Source: Aulosira sp. ZfuVER01 (GTDB lineage Bacteria > Cyanobacteriota > Cyanobacteriia > Cyanobacteriales > Nostocaceae). Taken from it: a stretch of 64,000 nt of DNA. Below, piece by piece: positions 62,854-64,000 of the stretch. The stretch lies in the NCBI GenBank assembly GCA_034530615.2, contig JAVRCV020000036.1, positions 32,001 to 96,000 of the forward strand, read 5' to 3'. The notes below the pieces were generated by a model that made no database searches, was not told the origin of the DNA, and was given only the letters and a program-made list of their open reading frames with translations. Position 1 is the first letter of the stretch; every line of letters starts with the position of its first letter. A program made the position numbers and the translations under genes.

Positions 62854-64000
62854 TTAGAACCCTTCGGCTTCTTGTCTTCTGCCTTCTGCCTTTGGAACGT
62901 AGCGAAAGAATAGAAGGTTAAGGCAGCAAATTATTGTGGCGGCGATGAATGGGGAAGCTAGGTTATGAGTGTTGACTAGCCAGGAGGCTAACAGGGGTGC
63001 GCCTAGGTGTCCAATGTTGGCGAAGGATGTGGTGAGGCTGTAGTTGAAGTGGAGGTGTTTGGCTGTACTTTTGTTGAATATTTGCAGTTCTAAGGCGGCT
63101 TGGGTGACTGCTAGGAAAAAGCCGTAAACTATCCGCGCCAGAATGAGTAAGGGTAGGTTGAATGATAATCCTTGTACGCCTAAGCTGATAATTAGTAGGC
63201 TTAAACTTGTTAAGTAGATGCTGTTGAGGCGTTCGGGACGACAGGCTTGACGGATGTAAGGTAAGGCGGCGATCGCCATAATACTAGGTATCAAAAACAA
63301 CAAACTACTAGTGAGCAAGTTGACGTTTAATGGTTCGGCGGTGACATACTCTGTAAAGTAAGGACGGACTAAGTTATTCGCTAGTTGGAAGGTGAGGATA
63401 ACTATGCCGATAGTGATGATGTAACCCAGTTGGTTTGATGCTACAGGTTGATTCCCGGTTGGTTGTTCGTGGCGTTGGGTAGATACGCCCCGCAACATAT
63501 AAGCACAGATGGCAAGTTGTAAAAGATCGGCTACGGCAATTACGTAAAATAGAATTAATGGAGTATCTATATTTACCATAAATGCGCCGACGATAGTAGC
63601 AATGATAATTGCACCATGAAATACAGCTTGGTATGTGCCGGCGATCGCAGCTCGTTTTTCTTCCCCACCCAGTTGGATAATCAAGGGATACACTAACAGG
63701 TAACTGCCTTTGCACAGTAACAGCAATATTGTGTAAACCAAAAATTGCTCTGCACTGGTGCTTGTACCCATCAAGGCTGTCATTACAGCTGTACCCAATT
63801 GACCAACATAGAGTAGGTGTTTAACTTCAAAGCGTCGTGATAACACACCCCATACAGGCGCAGACAGCACCACCGTTAACCGACACACAAAGATGTAGTA
63901 ACCGGTGTAGGCTAAATCTGTCACCCCGAAAACTTTACGGAAAAACTGGGGATAAAAGGGTGACAGTAAAACCTCGTTAAAAATACTCAAGAACACACAG
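62854..64000 (-). CDS. MFS transporter, probable siderophore exporter (5' end off the window)
   Basis: Many TM helices, LLSPFYPQFF, WG.LSRRF; directly upstream of the synthetase. Confidence 0.85.
   Translation of the reverse strand, partial: CVFLSIFNEVLLSPFYPQFFRKVFGVTDLAYTGYYIFVCRLTVVLSAPVWGVLSRRFEVKHLLYVGQLGTAVMTALMGTSTSAEQFLVYTILLLLCKGSYLLVYPLIIQLGGEEKRAAIAGTYQAVFHGAIIIATIVGAFMVNIDTPLILFYVIAVADLLQLAICAYMLRGVSTQRHEQPTGNQPVASNQLGYIITIGIVILTFQLANNLVRPYFTEYVTAEPLNVNLLTSSLLFLIPSIMAIAALPYIRQACRPERLNSIYLTSLSLLIISLGVQGLSFNLPLLILARIVYGFFLAVTQAALELQIFNKSTAKHLHFNYSLTTSFANIGHLGAPLLASWLVNTHNLASPFIAATIICCLNLLFFRYVPKAEGRRQEAEGF

Overview
A 64-kb chromosomal window from a filamentous, probably heterocyst-forming cyanobacterium (Nostocales-like). 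This is inferred from frequent HIP1 octamers (GCGATCGC), 7-bp STRR and 9-bp tandem repeats, and genes such as petG, cytM, petH and prk. Housekeeping genes (ppgK, ligA, hisH, rsmD, petG, cytM, ispH, metK, prk, petH, hom) alternate with accessory modules. (i) A histidine kinase / NarL regulator / receptor-like pseudokinase-PBP / zinc-ribbon-FHA signalling cluster. (ii) A protein with two C-terminal Tudor-like domains. (iii) An overlapping P-loop ATPase + TPR gene pair whose TPRs are 120-bp DNA repeats, mostly carrying HIP1, with a few hypervariable codons (NLR-like architecture), next to a RelE-type toxin-antitoxin pair and a Uma2 gene. (iv) A kaiA-less kaiC-kaiB-kaiB-PAS/HisKA_2 kinase operon whose KaiC has a coiled-coil tail. 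(v) A roughly 6-kb tract of gene fragments with sharp junctions (sirtuin, internally deleted qNor, transaldolase, NB-ARC, epimerase, Crp/Dnr), including a decayed NO-response module with two matching FNR/DNR-like boxes. (vi) The distal part of an NIS siderophore (schizokinen-type) cluster with fhuCDB and a Fur-like box. Several miniature inverted-repeat elements can be read directly, including a nested pair with target duplications and one whose empty site is also in the window. No rRNA, tRNA or CRISPR array was found. All family assignments are by eye from motifs; no database search was run.
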